NCBI GenBank assembly: GCA_965223795.1
Contig: CBDCXL010000001.1
Span: 32,001 to 96,000 of the forward strand
From: Nitrospinales bacterium
GTDB taxonomy: Bacteria; Nitrospinota; Nitrospinia; Nitrospinales; VA-1
Direction of reading: 5' to 3'
DNA: 64,000 bases
Shown: piece by piece, positions 63,389 through 64,000 of the stretch
Layout: the number at the start of each line of letters is the position of its first letter
Numbering within the stretch: the stretch's first letter is position 1
The notes under the pieces: model-generated
Database searches by the model: none
Told to the model about the DNA's origin: nothing
What the model saw: only the letters and a program-made list of their open reading frames with translations
Program-made: the position numbers and the translations under genes

Positions 63389-63772
63389 CTATTCAGCCTC
63401 CCGCAGGACTTTGATCTCGATGGTGAGTTTGGCGTTTTCGGGGATGACGCCGGGGATGCCCTTTTCGCCGTAAGCCAGATGCGGGCTGATGACCACTTTG
63501 CGGAAGCCGCCCACTTTCATTCCCTGAACAGCGTAGAAGACGCCGGCGATCAGGTTCTCCCGGTCGATGCGGGTGCGGTGCTCGAAGAACCCGTCCTCGT
63601 GGACTTTCAAATTGTCGTCCACGGAGTGGTTCAGGCACCGGTTGGGCGTTTTCACGATCTCGCCCTGGTTCAGGGCCACCCGGATCGCCAGGATGTAGTT
63701 GTGCTGGCGCAGGACCTCCGGTCCATCCCCCTCCGTTTCCTCCAGCAGCTTGACTCCCTTTTTGAGCCACAT
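63389..63772 (-). CDS. FKBP-type peptidyl-prolyl isomerase family protein (divergent N-half)
   Basis: LIAG...GMKVGGFRKVVISPHLAYGEKGIPGVIPENAKL. Confidence 0.85.
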   Translation of the reverse strand: MWLKKGVKLLEETEGDGPEVLRQHNYILAIRVALNQGEIVKTPNRCLNHSVDDNLKVHEDGFFEHRTRIDRENLIAGVFYAVQGMKVGGFRKVVISPHLAYGEKGIPGVIPENAKLTIEIKVLREAE

Positions 63773-63812
63773 TTGTTCTGACGTTTTTAATTTTATGGAA
63801 ATAGAGAAAAGC

Positions 63813-64000
63813 TTAAGGCGAGAATCTTGAAATCATAGTGCGCATATGTGATTTTTCAATTTCTTGGTCAATCGTAGACCAGTTTAATTCTTCAAGAGAA
63901 TAATTTATGTTATTAAACCAATTTCTATAAGCTTGTATTTCTGGTGAATGGTTTCTCCAACGATTGAATTTTACATATAAAGATACGGAATAACCGAGAT
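63813..64000 (-). CDS. 3' end of an AT-rich hypothetical protein (runs off the window)
   Basis: Open frame ...SRLFRILYVKFNRWRNHSPEIQAY...SRFSP* from the window edge. Confidence 0.45.
   Translation of the reverse strand, partial: LGYSVSLYVKFNRWRNHSPEIQAYRNWFNNINYSLEELNWSTIDQEIEKSHMRTMISRFSP

Overview
Bacterial chromosomal window, mostly GC-rich, with housekeeping genes: leuA (partial), gltBD, uppP, aminotransferase-hom-thrC-FGE-trxB, clpB, an AddAB-like helicase/nuclease pair, moaCDE, an M16 peptidase, an ABC1 kinase, a class II aldolase, msbA-oleA-oleB, ahcY and spoVG. The gene content resembles a Nitrospina-like nitrite oxidiser, which is an inference and was not verified. The standout is a visibly AT-richer block at about 12.1-22.8 kb. 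It has a DabA/DUF2309 CO2-hydrating subunit with all four Zn ligands, then an MBH-ordered Mrp set (E,F,G,DUF4040,B,C,D), then a DabB/NuoL-like subunit and a NuoM. The NuoL-like lateral helix is extended by an 81-nt (27-aa) tandem triplication. No hydrogenase or NADH input module is present, so this is a candidate multi-pump, possibly Na+-coupled, inorganic-carbon concentrating complex. Other notable items are a USP-USP-PCP-Zn ribbon-PCP-PCP fusion behind a palindromic operator, a candidate metal-sensing leader ORF heading a metal-handling cluster, a MoaD ending in GGS, oleAB without oleCD, a sigma54-type promoter before gltB, and three families of interspersed intergenic repeats. All product calls come from motif recognition and no database searches were run.
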